44,316 nt of DNA from Alphaproteobacteria bacterium (GCA_963582805.1 CAUZTZ010000001.1:1-44316), one strand, 5' to 3'; positions 8,838-17,412 are shown, counted from the first letter of the stretch. Numbers and translations are program-made. Notes: generated from the sequence alone by a model not told the origin.

Positions 8838-9794
8838 TCAGCCCGCCAGCCCGGCCATCACCTTGCCCCAGCGCCGCTGCTCTTCTTCGGGCGTGAAGTT
8901 GGCGGCCAGGGCTTGGCCCTGTTCGGTCAGGCGCTCTAGAAACGCCGGCTCGGTCTCGCAGCGGAGCAACAACGCCCGCAAGGCGCCCGCGTCTTCCAGC
9001 TTGTACAGCCCGGCGTAATCTTCGCCCAAGAGCCCCACATTGCCGGTGATGTCGGAGGCGATCACCGGCACGCCGGCAGCCAGGGCTTCGGAGACCACGT
9101 TGGCGCCGCCCTCGTTGCGCGACGAGATAACCATCAGTCGGGTTTTGGCGAACTCCCGGCGCACCTGCCATTTGGGCACCTCGCCCTTCCAATGATAGCG
9201 GGCATTGATTGTCATTTCGCCGATCGCCTGTTTGGCCCAGCTTTCATCGTGGGCGCGGCCCAGATGGATCAGGCGAATGCGCGACGCAGCGGGTAAATCC
9301 CGCACCGCCTCGGCGCAGCGGAACGGGTCTTTCTCGCGGCGCAAATGGCCGATGACGCAGATATCAAAATGGCGCTTTGCCGGCGCCCGGGGGCCGGCCA
9401 AAGGCGGCGCCGATTGGTAAATGACGGTCATTTTTTTGCGCTGCGCCTTGGGCACCAATGGGGGCACCAGATCGTGCAGGCAGACCAACGCGTCCGCCGC
9501 TTCGATGGCGGCCAGGGTCGGTTCCGGGTGGGAGTGGATAAAGGTGTTAATGTCGGTGCCGGTGAGCGCCAGGATCAGCGGATTACCGGGCCATCGGGCC
9601 TTGAATTCCATGATCGCCGCGTGACTGCGCCAGGCGTGCAGAGCGATCATCGCATCGGCGCGGCGGCCGTCATAGTCCACGTGGGTCTCTATCTGGTGGC
9701 CGAGATTGCGCAACAGCTGCGCCCAGCGGTCGGCGGTGACCCGGTTTCCCGATTTGGACTGCTTGCCAGCGGGCGTAATTTGAATAATCTTCAT
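8838..9794 (-). CDS. Short GT4-type glycosyltransferase, candidate selenosugar synthase SenB-like (TIGR04348-type)
   Basis: About 318 aa. The N-terminus MKIIQITPAGKQSKSGNRVTADRWAQLLRNLGH and the C-terminal E-x7-E region SRNEGGANVVSEALAAGVPVIASD are present. It is divergent from an EgtB-family gene by 41 bp. The SenB assignment is from memory of the family, not a search. Confidence 0.5.
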   Translation of the reverse strand: MKIIQITPAGKQSKSGNRVTADRWAQLLRNLGHQIETHVDYDGRRADAMIALHAWRSHAAIMEFKARWPGNPLILALTGTDINTFIHSHPEPTLAAIEAADALVCLHDLVPPLVPKAQRKKMTVIYQSAPPLAGPRAPAKRHFDICVIGHLRREKDPFRCAEAVRDLPAASRIRLIHLGRAHDESWAKQAIGEMTINARYHWKGEVPKWQVRREFAKTRLMVISSRNEGGANVVSEALAAGVPVIASDITGNVGLLGEDYAGLYKLEDAGALRALLLRCETEPAFLERLTEQGQALAANFTPEEEQRRWGKVMAGLAG

Positions 9795-9835
9795 AGCCAA
9801 CCCAAGAACCATTCACTTCGGACACCCTATCCGCC

Positions 9836-11185
9836 ATGACCGAAATCGTCAGCAACCAATATTTGATCGACACCTTGAAAGATGCCCGCGCCCGCACAGT
9901 GGAGCTGTTCAATTCCCTCGACGACGAACAGATTATCGGCCCCCGCCTCGGCATCGTAAATCCGCTTTTGTGGGAAGTCGGCCATGTCGCCTGGTTTGCC
10001 GAGCAGTTCATCCTGCGCATGCTCTATGGCGAGCGGCCGATATTGAACAACGGCGACGATCTCTACGATTCCATCGCCGTCATCCACGGCGTCCGCTGGG
10101 ACCTGCCGATGTTGGAGCGGGGGCGCTGCCTGCAATATATGCAGGATGTGGAAGACCGGCTGGCCGCGCGTCTGCCCGGCGGCGCCAATGATCCGGCCTC
10201 CGAGCAAGACAGTTTCATCTATCAGTTCGCCGCCTTCCACGAGGACATGCATACCGAGGCCTATACCCATACCCGCCAGACCCTGGAATATCCCCAGCCC
10301 GATCTGGCCATCGCCAAAGGCTTCGATGCCGCGCGCCTGGACGGCGGGCCCTTGCCGGGCGATGTGGAGATTCCCGGCGGCAGCTTCCGGCTCGGCTCCG
10401 ATGGCTCCGAGCCGTTCCTTTTCGACAATGAAAAATGGTCCCACGAGCAGACCGTCTATCCTTTTCAGATCGCCCGCGCGCCGGTAACCAACGCCGAATT
10501 CGCGGAATTTGTTGCCGACGACGGCTACAATCGCCGCGATCTGTGGCGCGATGTCGGCTGGGGCTGGAAGGTGGAGGCCGAGGCCGCGCATCCGGTCTAT
10601 TGGCTCGCCGACGGGCCGGACAAGTGGAAGCTGCGCCATTTCGACCAGATCATCGGCCTTGCGCCGCACAAGCCGGTGATCCACGTCAATTGGTACGAGG
10701 CGCACGCGTATTGCAAATGGGCGGGGCGGCGGCTGCCGTCCGAGCTGGAATGGGAAGTGGCCGCCGCTGGCGAGCCCGACGGCCATCGCATCGCGCTCAC
10801 CAAGCGCCGCTACCCCTGGGGCGATGCGCCGGAAACTGAAACCCGCGCCAACTTGGACGGGCGCGGATTGGGCACCGCCGATGTGGGCGCCTTCCCGCAA
10901 GGCGACAGCGCCTGGGGCTGCCGCCAAATGCTCGGCAATGTATGGGAATGGACGTCAAGCCAGTTCGATCCCTATCCGGGCTTCAAGGCGGATGCCTACC
11001 AGGAATATTCCGAACCCGTGTTCGGCACCCGCAAAGTGCTGCGCGGCGGCGCCTGGGCGACGCGCGGGCGCACGGTCAACAACATGTACCGCAATTATTT
11101 CACCGACGAGCGGCGCGATGTGTTCGGCGGCTTTCGCACCTGCGCCGAGCAGGACTGGGACGGCATCATCGGCCCCGCCGGCTAA
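9836..11185 (+). CDS. EgtB/SenA-family enzyme (DinB-like N-domain plus FGE-sulfatase/SUMF1 domain); sulfoxide or selenoxide synthase
   Basis: DinB-type His ligands (WEVGHVAWF, FHEDMHTEAY). FGE domain motifs PVTNAEFAEFV, VNWYEAHAYCKWAGRRLPSELEWE, GNVWEWTSS and RGGAW. Confidence 0.8.
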   Translation: MTEIVSNQYLIDTLKDARARTVELFNSLDDEQIIGPRLGIVNPLLWEVGHVAWFAEQFILRMLYGERPILNNGDDLYDSIAVIHGVRWDLPMLERGRCLQYMQDVEDRLAARLPGGANDPASEQDSFIYQFAAFHEDMHTEAYTHTRQTLEYPQPDLAIAKGFDAARLDGGPLPGDVEIPGGSFRLGSDGSEPFLFDNEKWSHEQTVYPFQIARAPVTNAEFAEFVADDGYNRRDLWRDVGWGWKVEAEAAHPVYWLADGPDKWKLRHFDQIIGLAPHKPVIHVNWYEAHAYCKWAGRRLPSELEWEVAAAGEPDGHRIALTKRRYPWGDAPETETRANLDGRGLGTADVGAFPQGDSAWGCRQMLGNVWEWTSSQFDPYPGFKADAYQEYSEPVFGTRKVLRGGAWATRGRTVNNMYRNYFTDERRDVFGGFRTCAEQDWDGIIGPAG

Positions 11186-11196
11186 GGCATTGGCGG

Positions 11197-11259
11197 GCCC
11201 TGGCCGGCGTAGCTTTTAAGCGAAGCGAGCCCTGGCCGGCGTAGCTTTTAAGCGAAGCG
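11197..11259 (+). repeat. Tandem duplication (period 32 bp) GCCCTGGCCGGCGTAGCTTTTAAGCGAAGCG x2 at the core/AT-rich-island junction
   Basis: Two identical 31-bp copies at 11197-11227 and 11229-11259, separated by one base. They start 12 nt after the stop of the EgtB-family gene. Confidence 0.9.
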
Positions 11260-11395
11260 GGCGTGCGGTTTGGCTGTTGCCATTTTGGCACATCGATCAC
11301 ATTTAGAATTTATTTTTCGCTGAACAGTTGCGCTGGGAAAATTTTCGAACAAATAAAGAACTATGAAGTCCGTAAATTTGGCTGGAGAGACGTTC

Positions 11396-12325
11396 ATGCG
11401 TTCAAAATTACCTGTCTTGAAATCGGCATTGCTGGCACTTGGCGTATATCTGCTTGTCATGCCAGCACCGGCTTTGGCGGCGGAAAAACCGGCTGGGAAT
11501 AAAATCTATCCGCCCTACCCCGATGTCTGGGGCCGCGAAATGCCGATCCCGAAAGATGCTACGGGAGTTGTTTTCGCGGACAACGTTTTCGAAGGTCCGG
11601 ACGGACACATACTTGTCGGAGCCTGGTATCGGAACCGGCCAGGCGGCGAGGCCGGCAGTCGATATCTATACGATTTTTTCAAGGGCCGCGTTTTTAAGGA
11701 GTGGCCAGCCCAGAAGGGACCAGATTCCGATATCGACAAGATGTACCGATTTATCGAAGCCAACGGCTATCGGAGATTAGAAAACGTCGTTGGTTACTAT
11801 TCTACGGATAGAATTCCAATCCCGAACGGTGGCCATTTCGGGAGTGCCGACGGTGATACAATATTTCGAAGCAGCCTTCGACGGTTCAAGCCCGACGGGT
11901 CGGAACTTTACCGTTGGACGATCTTTTATCTTTTCGATCATGCATATTATTCCACCGGTCGAGCCGCCTCGGATTTTTTTGGTGGGCGCCGATTTGCCTA
12001 TTTCCGGGCGTCGGCTATCCATCCGAAGCTGTATCCATTGCGCGATGGCACATTTCTGCTGGCCGGCAGCAGGCGGCCCGTATTTATCCGATTCAAGGGT
12101 GATCTCAGCTCTCCCTACATCAGGCGCAGCGGCAATGTCATTCTCATCAATCCGGAAATAGCCAACAAGATGTTTTTGGAATCCTGGAATGAGGCGGAAA
12201 ATATTCTCTCCAGGCTCCGCGATCGAAATCCGAAACAGCCTTGGTTAGCACCAGAAGTCACCGACGAGATCATGTTCAGTAAACTCAAGAATCTTATCAA
12301 CCAGAAAGAAGGAACATCTAAATGA
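11396..12325 (+). CDS. Secreted protein of unknown family, paralog 1
   Basis: The start is chosen by alignment with paralog 2 and by GGAGAG 7 nt upstream. The signal peptide is MRSKLPVLKSALLALGVYLLVMPAPALA|AEKP. Conserved blocks shared with paralog 2: KIYPPYPDVWGR, LYDFF.GR, NGYR.L.NVVG, LRDGTFLLAG, DLSSPYI.RSG, NP.QPWLAPEVTDEIM.SKLKN. Confidence 0.75.
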   Translation: MRSKLPVLKSALLALGVYLLVMPAPALAAEKPAGNKIYPPYPDVWGREMPIPKDATGVVFADNVFEGPDGHILVGAWYRNRPGGEAGSRYLYDFFKGRVFKEWPAQKGPDSDIDKMYRFIEANGYRRLENVVGYYSTDRIPIPNGGHFGSADGDTIFRSSLRRFKPDGSELYRWTIFYLFDHAYYSTGRAASDFFGGRRFAYFRASAIHPKLYPLRDGTFLLAGSRRPVFIRFKGDLSSPYIRRSGNVILINPEIANKMFLESWNEAENILSRLRDRNPKQPWLAPEVTDEIMFSKLKNLINQKEGTSK

Positions 12326-12369
12326 ACGACCACGACATAGAAAATATCATTCGCGGCGCCCATCGTTAA
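12322..12369 (+). pseudogene. 15-codon remnant of the 5' end of the downstream 494-aa gene (MNDHDIENIIRGAHR*)
   Basis: atgaacgaccacgacatagaaaatatcattcg is near-identical to 13313.. atgaacgaccacgacatcgataaaatcatccg. It has the same ATGA overlap with the stop of the preceding paralog. Confidence 0.7.
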
Positions 12370-12386
12370 CGGGCCGGGAGGATGTC

Positions 12387-13316
12387 ATGAAATCAATATC
12401 ACTGATCTTGAATTCGGCATTGCTGGCACTCAGCACAATTCTATTCGCCCCGCTGAACCCGGCATCGGCCGTCGAAAAACCCACCGTTCAAAAAATCTAT
12501 CCCCCTTACCCCAATGTCTGGGGCCGGGCGATGTCCATTCCGAAAGGTGTTTCAGGAGAACTAAGTGCGGGCAATTTAAATTCGGGCGTCTACGAAGGAG
12601 CGGACGGAAGAATTCTCGTCGAATTCAGTTACCAGGACCGCCCTGGCGCCAAATCGCGAGGCAGACAAATTTTGTATGATTTTTTTGCCGGTCGCACGAT
12701 CAAGGATTGGCCAGCCTCCGAATTCAAGAAAAGAAGGCTGTTTTTGGAGACCAACGGATATCGCCAGTTGAAGAATGTCGTGGGCACCCAGTACGGGGAT
12801 AAAATCGGGCTTCCTGACGGTAGCCATTTCAGCGAAACGGACGGAGATGCTGTTTATGTAACTGGTCTTCGCCGGTTCGATGCCTCCGGGCGACAACTAT
12901 ACCACTGGGTGATCTTCTATATTTCCGAGCAGCCCTATTTTTCCCTCGGAAATAAATTCTCAGAATTTTTCAATGGTCGTAGATATGCCCATTTTCGGGC
13001 TCTGGATATTTCGCCGAAGCTATTTCCACTGCGAGACGGAACGTTTCTGTTAGCGGGCGGAACGCGGCCCGTTTTTATGCGCGTCCGGAATGATTTGAGT
13101 AGTCCGTATATTAAGCGAAGCGGCAAGATCGCCCTTATCGATCCGAAATTAGCCGACAAAATGTTTACCGAATCCTGGTTCCAGGCAGAACGCATACTCT
13201 CGCGGCTTCGCAAACAGAATCCAAATCAGCCCTGGCTGGCGCCAGAGGTCACTGACGAGATTATGTTGAGTAAACTCAAGAATATTATCAAACAGCAAAA
13301 TGGAGTGAATAAATGA
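12387..13316 (+). CDS. Secreted protein of unknown family, paralog 2
   Basis: GGGAGGA lies ahead of the ATG. The signal peptide is MKSISLILNSALLALSTILFAPLNPASA|VEKP. By eye it is roughly 55-60 percent identical to paralog 1 along the full length. Confidence 0.8.
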   Translation: MKSISLILNSALLALSTILFAPLNPASAVEKPTVQKIYPPYPNVWGRAMSIPKGVSGELSAGNLNSGVYEGADGRILVEFSYQDRPGAKSRGRQILYDFFAGRTIKDWPASEFKKRRLFLETNGYRQLKNVVGTQYGDKIGLPDGSHFSETDGDAVYVTGLRRFDASGRQLYHWVIFYISEQPYFSLGNKFSEFFNGRRYAHFRALDISPKLFPLRDGTFLLAGGTRPVFMRVRNDLSSPYIKRSGKIALIDPKLADKMFTESWFQAERILSRLRKQNPNQPWLAPEVTDEIMLSKLKNIIKQQNGVNK

Positions 13317-14797
13317 ACGACCACGACATCGATAAAATCATCCGAGAGATCGTCTTCGAAATGGAAGACGAGGGCGGCAAGAAGACTTACACCAGTTCCG
13401 TTTCCACCGGCAATAGCGGGATTTCATTTGGCCGCATGCAGCATGATGTGGGGAAGGAAGGAGGCCGCAATAAATTGATCAAAGTTTTGGACGCTGCGGG
13501 GATCGGGAAAGATAAAAAAGCTGAACTTGTCGGAGCTCTCGGCAAAGATGGTGGCCGTTCGATGACTGCCGGGCAAAGGGATATCATCAATGGGGCTCTG
13601 GCTAGCGATGGAGGAAAGAAAGTGGTGGACCAGTTGGACAAAGATGAGGTGAAGGTAGTCACCAGCCGTTTGAAAAAGGTAATTGAGGCCGCGAAACGCA
13701 ATCCCAACGGCGCCGGCAGTTTCGATCCAAACCATCCCGATTTCCGCAAAACCATCGGCGCCGCTAGCGCCTGGATCAACCGAACAGGTGATCCCAAAAA
13801 ATTAGCCCCTTACGTGGAAGGTAAGCCAGTCACCTTGAACAACGGCCAATCAACCGTAAAATTGCCCAGCGGCAAGGCTCCGTCTCTGGGCGGAATTACC
13901 AAAGAATACCTGCCGGCCACCAAACAGTTTCAACCCAAGGACAAGGGCGGCAACGGCGAGGAAATCGGCACATGGATCGGGCGTCTGAACAACGCCGCTG
14001 GTGGAAACCAAGGCGCTGCGCCCAAGCCCGCCCAGCCGGAAGCCGCCAAACCGCAACCCAAGGCACCGGACGCGCCCGCCGCACCGACAGCGCCAGCGGC
14101 GCCGGAACAGGACATCGATCCGGCTGTCCCACCAAGCAGCGCCGCCCCCAAGGAGCCGGAGGCACCCGAAGACGATCCCGGTCTCGGCGATGAAATCGAT
14201 GGCTTGGGCGGCGCGAGCCGCAACGGAGCCGCCGGCGATAAACCTGAAAGCAAAACCAACCAGAAGGCCGATGCGGAAATAATTAAGGAACAATTCGTAA
14301 ACGCGCTGGTGGCCAAGGGCAGCGAGGCGGATGAGATATTGCTCAAACGCCCCGCCGACTGGACCGAGGACGAGATGGCGGCGATCATGGGGAGCGAAGT
14401 CTATGGCCGCCCCGACGATCAGATCGGCGGATTCTCCAACGATCAGGTGACCCGCTGGCACGAGGCCGCCTATGGCGCTGACGGCAAGCCGCCGAAGGTT
14501 CAGCCAAAATCAGGCCCCAAGCTGGACAAACCCCTGGATGCCATCGCCGATGGCTTGAGCAAACGCTCCGGCGAGCGCGACCGGCGGCACGCGGTGATGG
14601 ATTTGCAGTCATCGATCAATGCGCTGCCGTCTGAGCGGCGCGGCGGTGCGGCGGACGGCGCCGATTTCGTGCCGACGCTCATCGTTAATGGCGAGCTTGG
14701 CCCCAAGACCCACTTTGCCGTCAAGAAAGCCATCGCCGGCTTCGGTGCACCGAAGGTGTTGGCGGCGGTGCAACGGCAGTTTGGGTGGGCGGCGTAG
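13313..14797 (+). CDS. Lysozyme-like N-terminal module / Pro-Ala-rich linker / peptidoglycan-binding-like C-terminal module protein with no signal peptide
   Basis: 494 aa, overlapping paralog 2 by ATGA. N-terminal FEMEDEGGKKTY...GNSGISFGRMQHDVGK (acidic catalytic-type Glu plus a G-x-x-Q motif). The linker is AAPKPAQPEAAKPQPKAPDAPAAPTAPAAPEQ... C-terminal VMDLQSSINAL...LIVNGELGPKTHFAVKKAI resembles a PG_binding domain. Confidence 0.7.
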   Translation: MNDHDIDKIIREIVFEMEDEGGKKTYTSSVSTGNSGISFGRMQHDVGKEGGRNKLIKVLDAAGIGKDKKAELVGALGKDGGRSMTAGQRDIINGALASDGGKKVVDQLDKDEVKVVTSRLKKVIEAAKRNPNGAGSFDPNHPDFRKTIGAASAWINRTGDPKKLAPYVEGKPVTLNNGQSTVKLPSGKAPSLGGITKEYLPATKQFQPKDKGGNGEEIGTWIGRLNNAAGGNQGAAPKPAQPEAAKPQPKAPDAPAAPTAPAAPEQDIDPAVPPSSAAPKEPEAPEDDPGLGDEIDGLGGASRNGAAGDKPESKTNQKADAEIIKEQFVNALVAKGSEADEILLKRPADWTEDEMAAIMGSEVYGRPDDQIGGFSNDQVTRWHEAAYGADGKPPKVQPKSGPKLDKPLDAIADGLSKRSGERDRRHAVMDLQSSINALPSERRGGAADGADFVPTLIVNGELGPKTHFAVKKAIAGFGAPKVLAAVQRQFGWAA

Positions 14798-14973
14798 TCA
14801 CATCGGCCCAGCCCGGCTGGGGGTACAGTATGGTCACGGCGCATTCGCGCGGGCTGGGGATGGCATGGTCGGCCAGCCCGCGCCCCGATGGTTTGCATGG
14901 ATCACGCCCCTGTTGCCACCGACTGAGCGTGGCTCACGCCTGCCTTGTAGCCGGCACCGGTGCACTGATCACG

Positions 14974-15016
14974 CCCGTGTGGCCGACCCATCCAACCCCA
15001 CACGGGCTTTTCTTCT
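14974..15016 (+). terminator. Rho-independent terminator candidate
   Basis: Stem CCCGTGTGG / CCACACGGG with a 14-15 nt loop, followed by CTTTTCTTCTG. Confidence 0.5.
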
Positions 15017-15309
15017 GTCGATTCAGGGAATCGTAACCTTTGCCCGTTAAGGTGCTCTCAGTGACGAACGGTTCCCCAACCGCAAGCACCCCCAGGTTCC
15101 CCCAGGGACCAAGCCCGAAAGGTTTGCGTCAATGACCCAGGCAGTTACGTTTAACTTACAAAAACAAAATAATTTTTCGGCCTGACCCAGGGATCACCGT
15201 CAGAAGAATCCCAAGTTATGTCGATAGTGCGTGAAAAAGCGGACCGGGGTGGAAACAAGTCCGTAAGCGAAATTACCAAAATCGCGACGTAACGCGTCTT
15301 GAGGTAGTT

Positions 15310-15346
15310 ACGCGGTCCGGTTCTCCGCCGGGCCGCGTATTTTTTT
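15310..15346 (+). terminator. Strong rho-independent terminator (plus-strand polarity; abuts the stop of the minus-strand TRAP permease)
   Basis: ACGCGGTCCGG-ttctccg-CCGGGCCGCGT forms an 11-bp stem with one G.U-type mismatch, followed by ATTTTTTT. A U-tract exists only in the plus orientation. Confidence 0.7.
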
Positions 15347-17303
15347 AACTGGCATTAGCCGCCAGCCTCCGTCCAACCACCAAATTGTTGTAGCCGATCA
15401 CCGCCATACCGGCGGCAAAAGCGGTCCAATGGATGAATGGGTCGGGCATCAGAACCAGAAATACCAGCGCAAAACGTATCATCATTTCCAGTATGCCCAA
15501 TTGGGTAGCGTCAAACCGGGCGAAAGCGCTGGTCATCAGCCAGATGGCTACCACCGTGCGCGCCAAAATGGAAATCAACGAGAAGGTCTCAAACCCGCCG
15601 GCCTGCGGAACCAATAGTAATTCCGGGTTATAGGCGAAGATGAAGGGCACCAGAATAATCGCAGCACCGATACGGATGGCCATAAAGCCGGTGCGCATGG
15701 GACCGGCCCCGGCGATCGAGGCGCCGGCGTAGGCGGCGATCGCCACCGGCGGCGTGATCGAAGAGGAGACGCCGAAATAAAACACAAACATATGGGCGAC
15801 CAGAAGATCCAAACCCAGGTTCAGCATGGTGGGCCCAAGGATCAATATTATGGTGAGATACGCCGGCAAGGTGGGCATGCCCATGCCGAAGATGATCGCC
15901 GTCACCGCCGCCACCACCAGCGCGACAAACAGGGAATGTTCCATCAAAACCTCGACCGAGTTGGCCAGGCGCAAGGGCAGTCCAGTTGAGGTCAAGACCG
16001 ACAGGACAATACCGACGACGCCGATGGCCATCAGCAATTCGGAGAACTGGATGCCGCCCTTGGCGAAGCCTTGCAAAATCTTGGCCGGGTTGCGGCGAAT
16101 TTCGGCGGAAAAGACGCTGGCCGGGACCAGATACAGAACCACGAACACGCCTGCGGCGGCGGCCGAAAGCCCGAACAACAAAGTCGCCACGATCACCGTA
16201 ATGGCGCCGGCCAGGATCACCAGATTGACGATATCGTGCTTGTCGAAGTTCAAATCATCGCCGACGCCGTCATCGGTTTTGATATCCAGGCGGCGCGCCT
16301 CGAAAGTCACGGTGAAAAACAGGCTGAGGTAATAAAGCAGCGCCGGGATCAGAGCCGCCGTAATGATCACCAGATATGACATTTGCAGCATGTCGGCCAT
16401 GATCAGGGCGGCGGCGCCCATGATCGGCGGCATAATTTGGCCGCCCGTGGAGGCGGTTGCCTCAATGGCACCGGCGAAGGTGGGCGTGAAGCCGCGCCGC
16501 TTGATCAGCGGGATGGTCATGACCCCGGTGCCGACCACGTTGGCCACCGGCACCCCGGACATGGTGCCGAACAAAGACGAGGCCAGCACCGCCGCATGGG
16601 CCGGGCCGCCGCGCGTGTTGCGGGTCACAATAAAGGCAAAGCGGATCAGCGAGCCGCCGACGCCGGAGGCTTCCAGCATGGCGCCGAAGATGATGAACGG
16701 AAAGACCGTGAACACGACGATCTCGAACACCTGGCCCAAGACGCCTTTGTTCAGATTGAACAAGACATCTTCGGAAAAATTGTCGATGAAGGACATCGGG
16801 ATGACTTTGAATATGGACGGCGTGTATTGGCCGAAGAAATAGTAAATAATCAGGACAACGCCGAACAATGCCAGCGGCGCCCCCCAGACAAGCCAGCAAA
16901 GGGCGATCAGTAGCCCGACGCCGAACATCGTGATCCAGGCGTGGGATTCTTCGAAAAAGAACAGAGAGTCTTGGATTTCGACGGTGACGAATGAGAACTG
17001 CCAGGATACATAATAGATGCCGGCCAGAATTGCGGCATCAACGAGTAGCCAGCGCCGCCAGGCAGTATCGTCTTTTTTAATCGCCAGGCGCGTGAACCCC
17101 CGGGCCAGAATCACAACCGTGACCGCCGCTGACAGCATTCCGCCGCGCAGAAATTCGGCTTTGAACGGACCCAGTTTTGGAATGATCCAGACGCTGGGCA
17201 TGGAATTGGCCATCGCCGTCACGGCCATGCCAAGACCGAGGATCATCGCCAACGAGGCGCCGATCCGAAGAAATTTGGCTGCCGATGCGGATGGTGTGTT
17301 CAT
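15345..17303 (-). CDS. TRAP transporter fused permease (TAXI-associated 4TM/12TM DctQM-type)
   Basis: About 650 aa and highly hydrophobic polytopic. It lies immediately downstream of a TAXI solute receptor gene. ATG at 17303 is preferred over the TTG at 17318. Confidence 0.85.
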   Translation of the reverse strand: MNTPSASAAKFLRIGASLAMILGLGMAVTAMANSMPSVWIIPKLGPFKAEFLRGGMLSAAVTVVILARGFTRLAIKKDDTAWRRWLLVDAAILAGIYYVSWQFSFVTVEIQDSLFFFEESHAWITMFGVGLLIALCWLVWGAPLALFGVVLIIYYFFGQYTPSIFKVIPMSFIDNFSEDVLFNLNKGVLGQVFEIVVFTVFPFIIFGAMLEASGVGGSLIRFAFIVTRNTRGGPAHAAVLASSLFGTMSGVPVANVVGTGVMTIPLIKRRGFTPTFAGAIEATASTGGQIMPPIMGAAALIMADMLQMSYLVIITAALIPALLYYLSLFFTVTFEARRLDIKTDDGVGDDLNFDKHDIVNLVILAGAITVIVATLLFGLSAAAAGVFVVLYLVPASVFSAEIRRNPAKILQGFAKGGIQFSELLMAIGVVGIVLSVLTSTGLPLRLANSVEVLMEHSLFVALVVAAVTAIIFGMGMPTLPAYLTIILILGPTMLNLGLDLLVAHMFVFYFGVSSSITPPVAIAAYAGASIAGAGPMRTGFMAIRIGAAIILVPFIFAYNPELLLVPQAGGFETFSLISILARTVVAIWLMTSAFARFDATQLGILEMMIRFALVFLVLMPDPFIHWTAFAAGMAVIGYNNLVVGRRLAANAS

Positions 17304-17412
17304 GCCAGGGGCCGCCAACGATTATGTGCAAAAGGAAAACCGGCGCCCGCCACGTATTGGCCGCAGCGGACGCCGGTCATTGTATCTGACGCTGTATCTG
17401 ATGCTAGAAAAC

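Noticed and set aside
11286-11301. Sigma-54-like TGGCAC at the start of the AT-rich islet
   Set aside because: The required TTGC(A/T) element 5 nt downstream is absent (the sequence is TGGCAC-atcga-TCAC).
14798-15346. tRNA/tmRNA gene or fragment acting as the island attachment site
   Set aside because: No T-arm consensus (GGTTCGAATCC-like), acceptor stem or tmRNA tag-reading frame could be recognised by eye. No tRNA was seen anywhere in the window.
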